Positions 48,557-57,375 of a DNA stretch of 64,000 nt are shown here, piece after piece; within the stretch, counting starts at the first letter, position 1, and every line of letters begins with the position of its first letter. Location: positions 1 to 64,000 of IMG/VR virus record IMGVR_UViG_3300042897_000994; one strand, 5' to 3'. The notes under the pieces are model-generated. The model was not told the origin of the DNA and searched no databases. It saw only the letters and a program-made list of their open reading frames with translations. The position numbers and the translations under genes were made by a program. The DNA is from a virus.

Positions 48557-50167
48557 ATGATAAGTAGTTTCGACGACTTTTTAGATGAAGGTAAAGTACA
48601 AGTTAAAAGACGGTATACTGAAAACTATCCGTCCAAACATGTTTATAGCGGAGCTAAAATCAGGAATGCAGTTCTTTCTGCAATTAAAGACGGCGTTGTA
48701 ACCGAAGAAGAATTTCAAAAGATTTTAGACGAAGCTGGAGCTTCTAGAATTTGGAAATACAAATACAATCATCTTTTTGACGTCAACGAAGACGGCGTAA
48801 AACTTTCATCAAAAGGTCTTAAACTCTGTCCTGTTGAAAGAATTGAAGAAGCTGATAAGATTGATGAAGTTTCAACTTCAATAGCTCAACAAAGACTAAT
48901 GGGAATGGCCTATGCCTTGAAAACGGGCGAAATGGACCCTGAGGATGCTAGTGATGAAGTAAAAGATTTAGCTAAAAACATGACAGTTAAACAGCTAAAA
49001 GATTTTGCATCTACCAAGCATAAAGGTCTTCCCTATAAAAAAGAAAATGAAAATCTTACATTACCAGATGTCCCCGGCATGGGAGCCGTTAAACTACCCG
49101 GAAACCCAGGAACATCTACACAGTTTGATAATCAAGAAACCGGATCTGGTGATATTCCTTACCCGATACCAAACAAGAAAAAAATGAAAAAAATGAAACT
49201 AATTCCAGAATCTTTTGAAGAGTTTTCAGAATCTCTAATCAATGAAGCATTTGCATCTTCTATTTTACAAAATTTAACTGCAGGAAAGTCAGATCTTAAC
49301 AAGAAATTTTTTGATGCATTGTCAAGAATGGGAATTGCTGCATCCGATATTGAAGATGATCAAATAATTGAATTGAAAACCAGCGATGCCAAAAAATATA
49401 CAAAGCAAAACCCCAATTCCATATTGATTTATTATTCTACTACAGAAAAGCCAAATCCGTTTGCTGGTAGTGGAGCATGGAGTAGTTCTAAAACTATCCC
49501 AGGTGATATGCCTTTAGCCGTTGTAAAAGATAAGATATACATGGGATTAAAATATGACAGATACTCTAGAGGAAGTAAACCAGAGTATTCTTTAGTTCAG
49601 AATCCAGGCGGCACTATAGGAATCGATAAAGCTGGAGGAACTTATGGTTCGGGATTAACGACATTAGATAAAATAGCAGCGGTGTCTGATATTGTGTATG
49701 TAATTGATCCTACTGTAATACCTTCTTCTTCTGCAAAAAGAGCAGAAAGAAAACAGTCTAGATCCGGAGCCACTGCATATGTTAGTGATAAAGATTTTAA
49801 AGCTCAAAATAAAGCAAGATACGATGTTATTCTAGCAGACAGAGCTTCTAAATTGCCACTAGATAAAGAAGTTGGTGAAGCTATCGATATTTTGGCTTCT
49901 CACATCAAAGATGCTATCTCTTCAGGAGCTAAAACTAGATATGGGGAAATCCTTATCGGTACAGATCCAAAAGGAAGAGAAATTAAAATGAGTGATGCCA
50001 GTAGCATCATGAGAAATCTTTTAGATGATTTTGGAAGATATGTAGATTATACAAATAAATCTGCAGAAGAAGGTAGTAGCAGATACTATGAAGCAGAATC
50101 TAAGCAATATGCTAAATCAGTTTCGGATAGACTTCGAAAAATTAAGAATAAAGACTATGCTTGGTAA
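48557..50167 (+). CDS. Putative internal head polyprotein containing a DUF3008-like module
   Basis: Starts MISSFDDFLDE. SIAQQRLMGMA...LKDFASTKHKGLP is DUF3008-like. Internal MKKMKLIPESFEEFSESLINE. Confidence 0.6.
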   Translation: MISSFDDFLDEGKVQVKRRYTENYPSKHVYSGAKIRNAVLSAIKDGVVTEEEFQKILDEAGASRIWKYKYNHLFDVNEDGVKLSSKGLKLCPVERIEEADKIDEVSTSIAQQRLMGMAYALKTGEMDPEDASDEVKDLAKNMTVKQLKDFASTKHKGLPYKKENENLTLPDVPGMGAVKLPGNPGTSTQFDNQETGSGDIPYPIPNKKKMKKMKLIPESFEEFSESLINEAFASSILQNLTAGKSDLNKKFFDALSRMGIAASDIEDDQIIELKTSDAKKYTKQNPNSILIYYSTTEKPNPFAGSGAWSSSKTIPGDMPLAVVKDKIYMGLKYDRYSRGSKPEYSLVQNPGGTIGIDKAGGTYGSGLTTLDKIAAVSDIVYVIDPTVIPSSSAKRAERKQSRSGATAYVSDKDFKAQNKARYDVILADRASKLPLDKEVGEAIDILASHIKDAISSGAKTRYGEILIGTDPKGREIKMSDASSIMRNLLDDFGRYVDYTNKSAEEGSSRYYEAESKQYAKSVSDRLRKIKNKDYAW

Positions 50168-50204
50168 CTTTATGCCTGTGTAGCATCATACTCTAAATTT
50201 CTTT

Positions 50205-50232
50205 AAGCTCGGTTTAGGCCGAGCTTTTTTTT
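50205..50232 (+). terminator. Intrinsic terminator
   Basis: AAGCTCGGT-TTAG-GCCGAGCTTTTTTTT. Confidence 0.88.
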
Positions 50233-50252
50233 GTTAATTTCATAATAAGGTT

Positions 50253-50278
50253 AAACAATTGCAAGAGTTGTCATATAA
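50253..50278 (+). promoter_or_regulatory. Putative early/middle promoter AAAC-N17-TATAA
   Basis: AAAC at 50253-50256 and TATAA at 50274-50278. Confidence 0.6.
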
Positions 50279-50283
50279 ATTTT

Positions 50284-50763
50284 ATGGCAAATCAAGATAA
50301 TACATGTTCGGATCTTCACATCGAAGATTTTTGGGAAAGAAGAACGCAGTTTACAACCGATACCCTTGGTGATATTTTAAATTTACAGGCAGAAACTCAA
50401 AAAAATATTTATGAATATGATTTTGAGAATATGTCTCTTCGCGACATTATGAATTTCTGGCACATGAATACTCATGCTATGATCGATGAAATTCATGAAG
50501 CTACAGATGCTTTAGGTGGAATTAGAGACGGTTCTGGAAATGCGATTTGGAAAAGATGGAAAAAAGACTATAAAAAATTCGAATCTTTGAAGTTTTCCGA
50601 TTTAAGCGAAAATGATCAACTGGAATGTAAATTTGAAATTGTGGACATGCTTCACTTTTTTATGAATTATGCGGCTTCTATTGGAATGACTTCTCAAGAA
50701 ATGTACAATATGTATATGAGTAAGAATAAAGAGAATAGAGAAAGACAAAAGCGAGGATATTAA
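50284..50763 (+). CDS. dCTP/dUTP pyrophosphatase, T4 gp56-like (all-alpha)
   Basis: IDEIHEATDALG, AIWKRWKK, DQLECKFEIVDMLHF and KNKENRERQKRGY are all collinear with T4 gp56. Confidence 0.88.
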   Translation: MANQDNTCSDLHIEDFWERRTQFTTDTLGDILNLQAETQKNIYEYDFENMSLRDIMNFWHMNTHAMIDEIHEATDALGGIRDGSGNAIWKRWKKDYKKFESLKFSDLSENDQLECKFEIVDMLHFFMNYAASIGMTSQEMYNMYMSKNKENRERQKRGY

Positions 50764-52169
50764 TGTTATTAGACATAGAACAGCGTGGTAAAGAACTTAT
50801 CGTTTCTTATTACAACAAAGAAGGAAACACTGCCTTTAAAAAATATAAGCTACCTTCCGTTTCTAACTGGGCCGTATGTAATCCAAAAGACAAAGGAAAG
50901 TCCGAAGAATTTAAAAACTGGGATGGCCGACCAGTAAGACTGGCACCTAGTAAAGCTTATGATAAATATTCTCTAATTCAATTTTTAGAAAATTTACCAG
51001 AAGAAGAATCATTTGAAATTTTTGAATATTGTCTTCCAAAGATTTATTTTGTAGATATTGAGGTTGAAGTTACCGATTCTTTTCCAGAACCAGAAAGAGC
51101 AGAAAATCCAGTTACTACAATAGCAATTGTTACACCGACTGGACAGTCTATTGTTTTAGCAACAAAAGATTTAAAAAGAGAAAATCAAATAGAAATACAA
51201 GAATCTATTAATGACTATTTCTTAGAAGAAGATGTTTCTTTTAACTTTGTTTATAAAGTTTTTTCATCTGAATATGATATGCTTTATACGTTTTTCCACA
51301 CCTTTGTGAAAAAATTTCCAATGATGACAGGTTGGAACTTTATTAATTTTGACTGGAAATATCTCGTAAATAGAGCAATGAAACTTTCTATTGATGTTTC
51401 AATCGCCTCTCCGACCGGTGCAGTTTGGGGAAAAGAACAAATTCCATTTCATGTAGGTGTGATGGACTATTTGGAACTATACCGAAAATGGGATAGAAGC
51501 GTAGATATTAAAGAAAACTTTACTTTAGATTCAGTTGCCGAAGTTGTTACTGGATATAAGAAAATTAAATACAATGGATCTCTACAAGATCTCTATGAAC
51601 AAGACTATCAGAAATATGTTTATTATAACGTAGTCGATACTTGTCTGGTATTTCTCATACACAGAAAAATTAAAACGATGGAGATTGCTTTAACTATTGC
51701 AAATCTTTGTCGAATTTCTATTTATAAAGCAGCATCACCCGTTGCGGTAACCGAGTCTCTCTTGTGCAGGAAATTCTTGGATAAAGGTCAAGTGATGGCC
51801 AAAGACTGGGAAGCCTCACCAAATAAAGTAAATGGACAATATGCCGGAGCTTATGTAAAACAACCAGAAGTCGGAATGCACAGAGGAGTAGCTTGCTTTG
51901 ACTTTGCTTCTCTATATCCATCAATTATGAGACAGTTGAATGTTAGTCCCGATTCGTTCATTAGAAAGGTAGATCCTAACAATGCAGATGCGGAAAAACG
52001 TGATGATAGAATAGTATCTGTGACTGGCGCAGTATATCGAAAAGATGAATCCATACTCAAGAATATTCTCACAGATCTCTATAATCAGAGAAGAACTTAC
52101 AAGAAAAAGTATTTTGAGTTAGAAGTTAAAGCAGATGAGCTTAGGAAAAAAATTAAGGAAATGAGTTAG
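50763..52169 (+). CDS. Family B DNA polymerase, N-terminal subunit (exonuclease, motif A, first finger helix)
   Basis: Exo motifs DIEV, GWNFINFD and YNVVD; YAGAYVKQP; FDFASLYPSIM. Ends after LYNQRRTYKKK. Confidence 0.92.
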   Translation: MLLDIEQRGKELIVSYYNKEGNTAFKKYKLPSVSNWAVCNPKDKGKSEEFKNWDGRPVRLAPSKAYDKYSLIQFLENLPEEESFEIFEYCLPKIYFVDIEVEVTDSFPEPERAENPVTTIAIVTPTGQSIVLATKDLKRENQIEIQESINDYFLEEDVSFNFVYKVFSSEYDMLYTFFHTFVKKFPMMTGWNFINFDWKYLVNRAMKLSIDVSIASPTGAVWGKEQIPFHVGVMDYLELYRKWDRSVDIKENFTLDSVAEVVTGYKKIKYNGSLQDLYEQDYQKYVYYNVVDTCLVFLIHRKIKTMEIALTIANLCRISIYKAASPVAVTESLLCRKFLDKGQVMAKDWEASPNKVNGQYAGAYVKQPEVGMHRGVACFDFASLYPSIMRQLNVSPDSFIRKVDPNNADAEKRDDRIVSVTGAVYRKDESILKNILTDLYNQRRTYKKKYFELEVKADELRKKIKEMS

Positions 52170-52196
52170 ATTTTTATGGTTAGGCCCACTTTTTCC

Positions 52197-52315
52197 AATA
52201 TATAATTTAATAGAATTGCTTATGTCTACTATCTAACATATAAAAGACTAATGAAGGACCTCTTACAAAAAGAGGTCCTTCTTGTCTCTAAAACTTTTAA
52301 AACTAATAAGCAGTT
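52197..52315 (+). promoter_or_regulatory. Promoter-like motif plus structured leader upstream of nrdB
   Basis: AATATATAA at 52197-52205. Perfect 12-bp stem 52253-52264/52270-52281. Outer pairing AATTGCTTA/TAAGCAGTT. Confidence 0.5.
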
Positions 52316-52352
52316 TTTAAAAAACAAAAGATAAAAAAACACTAAAATACAC

Positions 52353-53345
52353 ATGGGATTATTTGACAACAGAGTAGCTTTTAAGCCTTTTGAATATCCG
52401 GCTTACTTTACAGATGGATGGCTATTACAGGCTCAAAGTTTCTGGCTTCACACCGAAATTCCAATGCAGGGGGATGTTAAAGATTGGAATGAGAATCTAG
52501 CGCCACACGAAAAGAATCTCGTAGGAAATATTCTCTTGGGCTTTGCTCAAACTGAATGCGCAGTTTCTGATTATTGGACAGGAATGGTAACTAACTGGTT
52601 TCCGAAACATGAAATCAAGCACATGGCTATGATGTTTGGTTCACAAGAAACGATTCATGCCACTGCATATTCATATTTGAACGAAACTCTAGGATTAGAA
52701 GACTTTGAAGCATTCTTGCATGAACCTGCAACATCTGAAAAGTTCGAACTTTTAGTTTCTACCAAAGCAGAGTATAATTATGAAGATCTTAAATGGAATA
52801 AAGACGCTAGAAATGATGTTGCCAAATCTTTAGCTATTTTTTCTGCTTTCGCCGAAGGTGTTTCTTTATATTCATCATTTGCCGTTTTATATTCATTCCA
52901 GATGAGAAATCTTCTCAAAGGAATAGGACAGCAAATGAAGTGGAGTGTTAGAGATGAATCTTTACATTCTAGAATGGGTTGCCAATTATTTCGTCATATG
53001 TGTGATGAATATCCTGATCTAAAAAAGAATGTAATGTATCAGGTTATCGAAGCAGCAGAATTGATTGTAGAGCTTGAACATAAATTTATTGACAAAATGT
53101 TCGAAATGGGAGATTTAGAGAATCTTAAAGCTGAAGATTTAAAGCACTTTATTCTTAAAAGAGCTAATGAAAAACTGGTAGAGCTTGGATATGAACCTCA
53201 TTTTGAATATGATAAAGAATCTGCAGATCAGTTAGAATGGTTTTATCATTTAACGGGAGGATTAACACACACTGACTTTTTTGCATTAAGACCTACCGAC
53301 TATTCAAAAGCCGGCGAAGGAGAAGATTGGGAAGATATATTTTAA
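52353..53345 (+). CDS. nrdB: Ribonucleotide reductase class Ia beta subunit
   Basis: FKPFEYP, FWLHTE, ETIH..AYS, EGVSLYSSF, RDESLH and DFF motifs. Confidence 0.95.
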   Translation: MGLFDNRVAFKPFEYPAYFTDGWLLQAQSFWLHTEIPMQGDVKDWNENLAPHEKNLVGNILLGFAQTECAVSDYWTGMVTNWFPKHEIKHMAMMFGSQETIHATAYSYLNETLGLEDFEAFLHEPATSEKFELLVSTKAEYNYEDLKWNKDARNDVAKSLAIFSAFAEGVSLYSSFAVLYSFQMRNLLKGIGQQMKWSVRDESLHSRMGCQLFRHMCDEYPDLKKNVMYQVIEAAELIVELEHKFIDKMFEMGDLENLKAEDLKHFILKRANEKLVELGYEPHFEYDKESADQLEWFYHLTGGLTHTDFFALRPTDYSKAGEGEDWEDIF

Positions 53346-53352
53346 AATAGAA

Positions 53353-55131
53353 ATGAAAAATTACGGAGATGATTTAGGCTGGGAATTGGGAGTTGATTTT
53401 CCAGTTTGGGGTAACACAGAAATTTATGTTAAAACAATATCCAAGGGGTATCTTCTAGCCGGAGAAACCCCAAAGGACGCATATTGGAGAGTATCTACAG
53501 CAGTTGCTCGTAGATTAGGAAAGCCGCACATGGCTAGCAAGTTCTTTGATTTTATTTGGAGAGGCTGGCTCAATTTAGCAACTCCTGTTTTGTCTAACAC
53601 TGGCACTGATAGAGGTTTACCTATCTCTTGCTTTGGTATAGATGTAGGAGATTCTATTCAAGAAATTGGATCGAAAAATCTAGAAATGATGCTTTTAGCC
53701 AAACATGGTGGAGGAGTAGGAGTCGGAGTCAACCTGGTTAGATCTGCTGGATCCAGAATTACTGGAAATGGTACTTCAGACGGTGTAGTTCCCTTCTGCA
53801 AAATATATGACTCAACTATTTTAGCTACTAATCAGGGTTCGGTACGTAGAGGAGCCGCCTCAGTTAATCTAAATATTGAACATGGAGACTTTGATGAATG
53901 GATTGAAATCAGAGAACCTAAAGGAGACGTAAATCGCCAATCTTTAAATTTACATCAATGTGTAGTAGTTGGTGATAAATTTATGCGAAGGGTTGAAGAT
54001 GGAGATCCAGAAGCTAGAAGAAAGTGGAGTAAGGTTCTACAAAAGAGAAAAGCCACAGGAGAACCTTATATCATGTTTAAAGGTAATGTGAACAAGCAAA
54101 ATCCAGAGGCTTACAAGCAAAACGGTCTTAAAGTATTTATGACTAATATTTGTAGTGAAATTACTCTACATACAGATGAATCACATTCATTTGTATGCTG
54201 TTTGTCTTCTGTAAATTTAGCTAAGTATGATGAATGGAAAGACACCGATTTAATCTACACTGCTATTTGGTTCTTGGATGGAGTTTTGGAAGAATTCATC
54301 CAAAGAGCTAAAAACATGAGAGGTTTTGAAAACTCAGTTCGTTCAGCTGAAAAGGGTCGAGCATTAGGATTAGGAGTTTTAGGATGGCATACATATCTCC
54401 AACAGAAAGGCATACCATTTGAAGGTCTACCGGCTCAGTTTGAAACTAGAAGAATTTTTTCTCAGATGAAAATTGAAGCAGAAAGAGCTTCTAGGGATAT
54501 GGCTACTGAATGCGGAGAACCTTTATGGTGTGTAGGTACAGGTATGAGAAATACTCACCTGATGGCAATTGCACCTACAGTTTCAAATTCAAAGCTTTCA
54601 GGAAATGTTTCTGCTGGAATTGAACCATGGGCTGCAAATGTATTCACAGAACAAACTGCCAAAGGCACATTTATCAGAAAGAATCCCGAATTAGAAAGAG
54701 TTCTTCGCAAAATAGGAATTAATAATAGAGATACTTGGGACAAAATTCTCGAAGATGGAGGATCCGTTCAAGATATCGGCGAATTAGATAAGTGGGGATT
54801 TATAAACGGAAAACTAACAAATGAGATATCTGAAACCGCAATTCAAAATAAAGAAGTAGATTGGGTTAAAGATGTCTTTAAAACATTTAAAGAAATAAAT
54901 CAGCTAGATCTTATAAAGCAGGCGGGTATTCGCCAGCAATATGTAGATCAGTCAGTTTCTTTAAATTTGGCATTCCCTTCTCAAGCAAATCCGAAGTGGA
55001 TTAATCAAGTTCATTTAGAAGCTTGGAAACAGGGAATAAAAACTCTCTACTATATGAGAACTGAATCTGTATTAAGAGGTGACATAGCAATAAGAGCAAC
55101 AGATCCTGATTGCGTAAGTTGCGACGGTTAA
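53353..55131 (+). CDS. nrdA: Ribonucleotide reductase class Ia alpha subunit (no ATP cone)
   Basis: ATPVLSN, ISCF, GGGVG, TNICSE, APTVS, KTLYY and C-terminal CVSC. Confidence 0.95.
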   Translation: MKNYGDDLGWELGVDFPVWGNTEIYVKTISKGYLLAGETPKDAYWRVSTAVARRLGKPHMASKFFDFIWRGWLNLATPVLSNTGTDRGLPISCFGIDVGDSIQEIGSKNLEMMLLAKHGGGVGVGVNLVRSAGSRITGNGTSDGVVPFCKIYDSTILATNQGSVRRGAASVNLNIEHGDFDEWIEIREPKGDVNRQSLNLHQCVVVGDKFMRRVEDGDPEARRKWSKVLQKRKATGEPYIMFKGNVNKQNPEAYKQNGLKVFMTNICSEITLHTDESHSFVCCLSSVNLAKYDEWKDTDLIYTAIWFLDGVLEEFIQRAKNMRGFENSVRSAEKGRALGLGVLGWHTYLQQKGIPFEGLPAQFETRRIFSQMKIEAERASRDMATECGEPLWCVGTGMRNTHLMAIAPTVSNSKLSGNVSAGIEPWAANVFTEQTAKGTFIRKNPELERVLRKIGINNRDTWDKILEDGGSVQDIGELDKWGFINGKLTNEISETAIQNKEVDWVKDVFKTFKEINQLDLIKQAGIRQQYVDQSVSLNLAFPSQANPKWINQVHLEAWKQGIKTLYYMRTESVLRGDIAIRATDPDCVSCDG

Positions 55132-55155
55132 ACTTTTTCTACTTTCACTATAAAA
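55130..55155 (+). promoter_or_regulatory. Putative early/middle promoter AAAC-N17-TAAAA
   Basis: AAAC at 55130-55133 and TAAAA at 55151-55155. Confidence 0.55.
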
Positions 55156-55178
55156 TAAAACAAAAAAATAAGAAAAAC

Positions 55179-55355
55179 ATGGAAAAATTCGAAAAAATCA
55201 AAGCATTGATCGCAGAAGCAGAAGCTGATGTAGAAAAATTCTACGAAAAAGGAAACAAATCTGCAGGTACTCGTATCCGTAAGGCTATGCAAGACTTGAA
55301 GAAACTTGCTCAAGAAATGCGTCAAGACGTTCAAGATACTAAGAATACAGCGTAA
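55179..55355 (+). CDS. Histone H1-like protein (Hc1 family)
   Basis: KFYEKGNKSAGTRIRKAMQDLKKLAQEMR is the Hc1 signature. ATG at 55179. Confidence 0.85.
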   Translation: MEKFEKIKALIAEAEADVEKFYEKGNKSAGTRIRKAMQDLKKLAQEMRQDVQDTKNTA

Positions 55356-55380
55356 TTCAGTAATCTATCACATCTGAATT

Positions 55381-55414
55381 AAAAGAGCCTCTGCTAAAGC
55401 AGGGGCTTTTTTTT
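55381..55414 (+). terminator. Intrinsic terminator
   Basis: AAAAGAGCCTCTGC-TAAA-GCAGGGGCTTTTTTTT. Confidence 0.88.
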
Positions 55415-55437
55415 GAAAACTTTATGATTCTATATTG

Positions 55438-55463
55438 AAACTAATGGTTTTTTGACTATATAA
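55438..55463 (+). promoter_or_regulatory. Putative early/middle promoter AAAC-N17-TATAA
   Basis: AAAC at 55438-55441 and TATAA at 55459-55463. Confidence 0.6.
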
Positions 55464-55479
55464 AAAAGAAAAATAATAA

Positions 55480-56232
55480 ATGGAAATCAAAATTAAGAAA
55501 ATAGACACTGCAGAATTTCAGTTGTTTGTTAAGAAATTATTGTCTATCGACAAGTTCATTTTTATGAAAGTTGGAGAAAAGGTTACATCTTCTTCTGTCT
55601 TTCTTCCACAACGGGATGCCGTAAAATTAGTAAACGTTAAGACTTCTGATCTTTTTGATTCTGAAGCTTGGCCTGATCAACCGGTTAAAGTTTCTTTCTT
55701 TAATGGAAATAAGATTATAGAAGCTCTTTCTCATTTCGGTGGAGAATGTTCAGGAAAAATTATCTATGATAAAGTAGGGAATGATTTTGTTGCAAGTGAC
55801 TTTATTATTGAAAATGATAATCTAAAGATCAAACTCTTTTGCGCGGATCCAAGTTTAAACTTTATGGATATGAAAGAAGATGAAACCAAGAGAGCATTTA
55901 CAACTACAGATTCAAAATTCTCTTTTGAACTTTTAACAATCCATGCAGACAAGATGAAGTCTCTTTTCTCTCTCGATAAAGAAAAAGAAACTTATAAGTT
56001 ATATGCAGATTCTAGAGGTGTAAGTATTAAAGGTGAAAATTATGATGCCATCATTACTCACTCTGTTGAAATGGATTCTGAAAATGAAGAAGTTACAATT
56101 TATAAAAAGTATAGTCCTCTTCTAGATAAAGAAAACTACAAAGTAGTAGTATGCGGAAATAAAATTGTATTTAAGTCTCTAGATACTGCAACATATTTAA
56201 CTGTAGCTGTAGCTATCATAGACGAAGAATAA
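55480..56232 (+). CDS. Putative sliding clamp (gp45-like)
   Basis: 250 aa with a two-domain alpha/beta pattern, a central CADPS linker and a terminal YLTVAV strand. Coupled to the polymerase subunit. Confidence 0.55.
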   Translation: MEIKIKKIDTAEFQLFVKKLLSIDKFIFMKVGEKVTSSSVFLPQRDAVKLVNVKTSDLFDSEAWPDQPVKVSFFNGNKIIEALSHFGGECSGKIIYDKVGNDFVASDFIIENDNLKIKLFCADPSLNFMDMKEDETKRAFTTTDSKFSFELLTIHADKMKSLFSLDKEKETYKLYADSRGVSIKGENYDAIITHSVEMDSENEEVTIYKKYSPLLDKENYKVVVCGNKIVFKSLDTATYLTVAVAIIDEE

Positions 56233-57368
56233 TGAAAGAAGATATAGAAGATCTAAAAAAACAACTTAAAGAAATAGAACAAGAGTCTCAGAAGTATTAC
56301 AACTACGAACAAGCTGTTAAATTAACTCTAAACTCAATTTACGGCGCATTCGGTAATGAGTGGTTCTATTTCTTTAATGTAGACATTGCAGAAACAATTA
56401 CCCTGCAAGGTCAAGACGCAATCTTTTATACCGAAAAACTGATCAATAAGTACTTTCATGATTTTTGGCACAAAGACACGGAAGTACATAAGGAGCTTGG
56501 AATTGAGATTAAAGGCGAAGTAAAGAAGCCTATTGTAATCTACATCGACACAGACTCATGTTATCTTAGATTCGAAGAAGTTCTTGAAAAATGTACTTGG
56601 GATAAATCAGAAAAAGAATTTATTCTCAAGATTTATAATATCAGACTAAAGTCATACATTGAAAATGTTCTTAGTTCCTATGCAAAAAAGAACAACTCTG
56701 ATAACTTTCTTTCATTCGAACTTGAATCGATAGCCAAAAATGCAATCTGGCTAGCAAAAAAGAAATACATGCAAAACATTGTATGGAAAGATCCAGATAT
56801 TCATTTCGAGGCCTTGAGTAAAATAAGTACAAAAGGATTTGAAATCATACAATCAAGTACTCCGCTTTTCGCTCGAAACAAGCTAAAGGAAATCATCAAA
56901 TATATCTTTTCAGTAGATAAAGTAAATTATCCAGATTTGATTGCTCTTTTGAAAAAAATTAAAAGAGAATTTAAACTTGCAAATATCGAGCATATATGTT
57001 TCAATCTAAGAATTGGAAACTATCAGAAATATATTGTTAACGACTATTCTGAATTTGAAATAGCTTCAGGTTGTCCAATGCACGTTAGGGCATCTGGGTA
57101 TTATAATTATTTACTAAATAACAGTACGCACAAAGGAAAATATAAACTTCTTGCCAATTCAGAAAAGGTAAAAATGTATATAAGCAAAGATTCTGCATGT
57201 GACGTATTTGCATTTCCTCCTGGGAATCACCCTTATGAATTTGCACCTTCAGTAGATTATGATGCACAATTCGAAAAAGCAATAATTGATCCTATGAATC
57301 GAGTTATTGCGGCAATGAGCCTTCCTATACTAGATAGAAATTTAATTTATACAACAACGCTCTTTTAA
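56232..57368 (+). CDS. Family B DNA polymerase, C-terminal subunit (second finger helix, motifs B and C, thumb)
   Basis: KLTLNSIYGAFG, AETITLQGQ, YIDTDS, AKKKY and KGFEIIQSSTP. Confidence 0.92.
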   Translation: MKEDIEDLKKQLKEIEQESQKYYNYEQAVKLTLNSIYGAFGNEWFYFFNVDIAETITLQGQDAIFYTEKLINKYFHDFWHKDTEVHKELGIEIKGEVKKPIVIYIDTDSCYLRFEEVLEKCTWDKSEKEFILKIYNIRLKSYIENVLSSYAKKNNSDNFLSFELESIAKNAIWLAKKKYMQNIVWKDPDIHFEALSKISTKGFEIIQSSTPLFARNKLKEIIKYIFSVDKVNYPDLIALLKKIKREFKLANIEHICFNLRIGNYQKYIVNDYSEFEIASGCPMHVRASGYYNYLLNNSTHKGKYKLLANSEKVKMYISKDSACDVFAFPPGNHPYEFAPSVDYDAQFEKAIIDPMNRVIAAMSLPILDRNLIYTTTLF

Positions 57369-57375
57369 AAAAACT

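Noticed and set aside
52100-56340. Split intein or intron joining the polymerase halves
   Set aside because: No Cys/Ser-initiated intein N-block or His-Asn end, and the intervening DNA is ordinary genes with a terminator.
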